This document shows, one piece after another, positions 62,471 through 64,000 of a stretch of 64,000 nt of DNA (within the stretch, counting starts at the first letter, position 1; every line of letters starts with the position of its first letter). This stretch comes from Raja brachyura (taxonomy: Eukaryota), in NCBI GenBank assembly GCA_963514005.1, contig OY740807.1:29140001-29204000 (forward strand). The letters are read 5' to 3'. Below the pieces are notes generated by a model. That model had not been told where the DNA came from. It saw nothing but the letters and a program-made list of their open reading frames with translations, and made no database searches. A program made the translations under genes and the position numbers.

Positions 62471-64000
62471 GGCTCATCTTATTGGCAAAAGTAGAGTTGA
62501 GCAGATCTGTCTCTTAACATGGTAGTTGGAAATAGTGACTTTCACCTCAAACTACATTGTACAATAAGCATTGTTTCCTGATAATGCATATATTCCAGCC
62601 CGAAATGTCAACTATCCATGTTGCTCAGAGATGCTGCCTGAAATGAGTTACTCCAGCATTTCATGTCTTTCTTTTCTCAAATGTACTTGGCAGCTGATGC
62701 ACAGTCAACATGAACACATTTTAGTTTTTAAACAATGCAATGATATGCCAACAAAGGTTCTTGCCACCAATGATTGCAAATTTGAAAGATCTCAAGTCGA
62801 CAAAATGCAGAATCTGTTCATCTCTGCCACCACCTACTGTGGTGTTAATGTGGGTGGTCATCATTTCTGAGGTCAAATGGGTAAATCTCAGCCGGAGTTT
62901 CCTCTCCTGACAAGCTATTTTGATTGAAGCTTAAGTTTCATTGCAGTGCCCTTCCTGACCACGATGCAGTTAAACGAGTGTGTAGGATCTACTGAACCCC
63001 ACGACAGAAAGCAAAGAACAAACGACACTTCGCTGAGCCAGACACCTTTTGTCACGTTTATTCTAGAAGCCCCTTTTACCTACATTCTCACCAATCATAA
63101 CCCATGTGCAAATAAGGCCAATTAGTACACCTGACATTGGAGTTGTTATTAAGCTCTTGTGGCTGACCTTCTCATGAGGCTGCTGCCCAGTCGCCAGCAG
63201 TAACAGGCTGTATGCAAAACCAACGTGGGCGAGAAGGTGCCACAAGTGCATTATTGGAGGCAAAGTTGAGATAATAAAATCATGCAGAAGTGGACAGAAT
63301 GCAGGGTATATTGCATCAGATCATATGTTTCACTATCATTTTATGAGCCACAGAAATGAGAAAAAAATGGTTCCACCAGTTAAATATTCTATTGGGGTGT
63401 AGCCTTGGACAAACTCTCCTGGCTACAGCAGCAGAGAAAGAATCCAAGTGGGATTAATTCTTCATCATGGGAAAATACACCATTCTTTGACATTGTTGGC
63501 TCTCAGAGAGCTGAGCAGGCACAGTGTTGGCTCTTGTAAGATTTCAAGCAAGTTAATGTATTAGCGTTAACATCACAGGTCTCTCTGCAATCTATGCCAT
63601 CACAGCCCCATCTGATGGAGAACAAGATGACCAGTGTACAAACAATATATTCCGCACAAACTGCCCGCTATATCAGATAAACGCTCCATCCAAGTCACAC
63701 TCTGTACATGCAATGGTAACGGGACATGACTTTGGTTGGCTGACTCTGCACAATGTCTCAGTAGATTGAGATCTAATCTGTCACATCTCTGCCTGACTGA
63801 GGGCATCTTAACCAGTTGGAAGTCAGCACTGTGACTGGTGAAGCAAAAACAAAGGCAACGCTGCCAGAAAACAAGTAAGCAACAAACTGCAGGAGGAATT
63901 CAACGTGTCAGTCAGCATCCATGGGGGGGGGGAAATGGTTAGCCGACACCCCAAGTGGCAAAAAGAAGCTCGCTCTTCCAGCTTTCTGCGCTCTTCTTCA

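Overview
Vertebrate genomic DNA, not prokaryotic. The repeat content (HE1-type tRNA-derived SINEs, HER1/CR1 LINEs, Penelope relics) points to a cartilaginous fish, probably a skate or ray (inference). The core of the window is a head-to-head pair of paralogous multi-exon genes about 21 kb apart: gene A on the - strand (CDS 10519 down to 897, about 362 aa) and gene B on the + strand (CDS 32508-37454, about 370 aa). I assembled both by hand from splice signals. Each encodes signal peptide, a pro-region ending LQKR, one sushi/CCP domain, exactly 38 uninterrupted Gly-X-Y triplets and a C1q globular domain, with identical intron phases. The C1q domains are only about 43% identical, yet about 260 bp covering promoter, non-coding exon 1 and the start of intron 1 is about 92% identical as an inverted repeat. 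They are candidate co-regulated hybrid collagens, possibly egg-case lattice proteins. The rest is transposon-dense: two full-length DIRS retrotransposons with ITRs and ICR, a full-length inactive Tc1, a decayed Harbinger plus MITEs, a hAT-like non-autonomous element, Penelope relics with hammerhead-like cores, a solo LTR, many CR1 LINE fragments and SINEs, and a possible decayed GPCR pseudogene between the two genes. All coordinates, counts and identities were read by eye; edges of old repeats are approximate.
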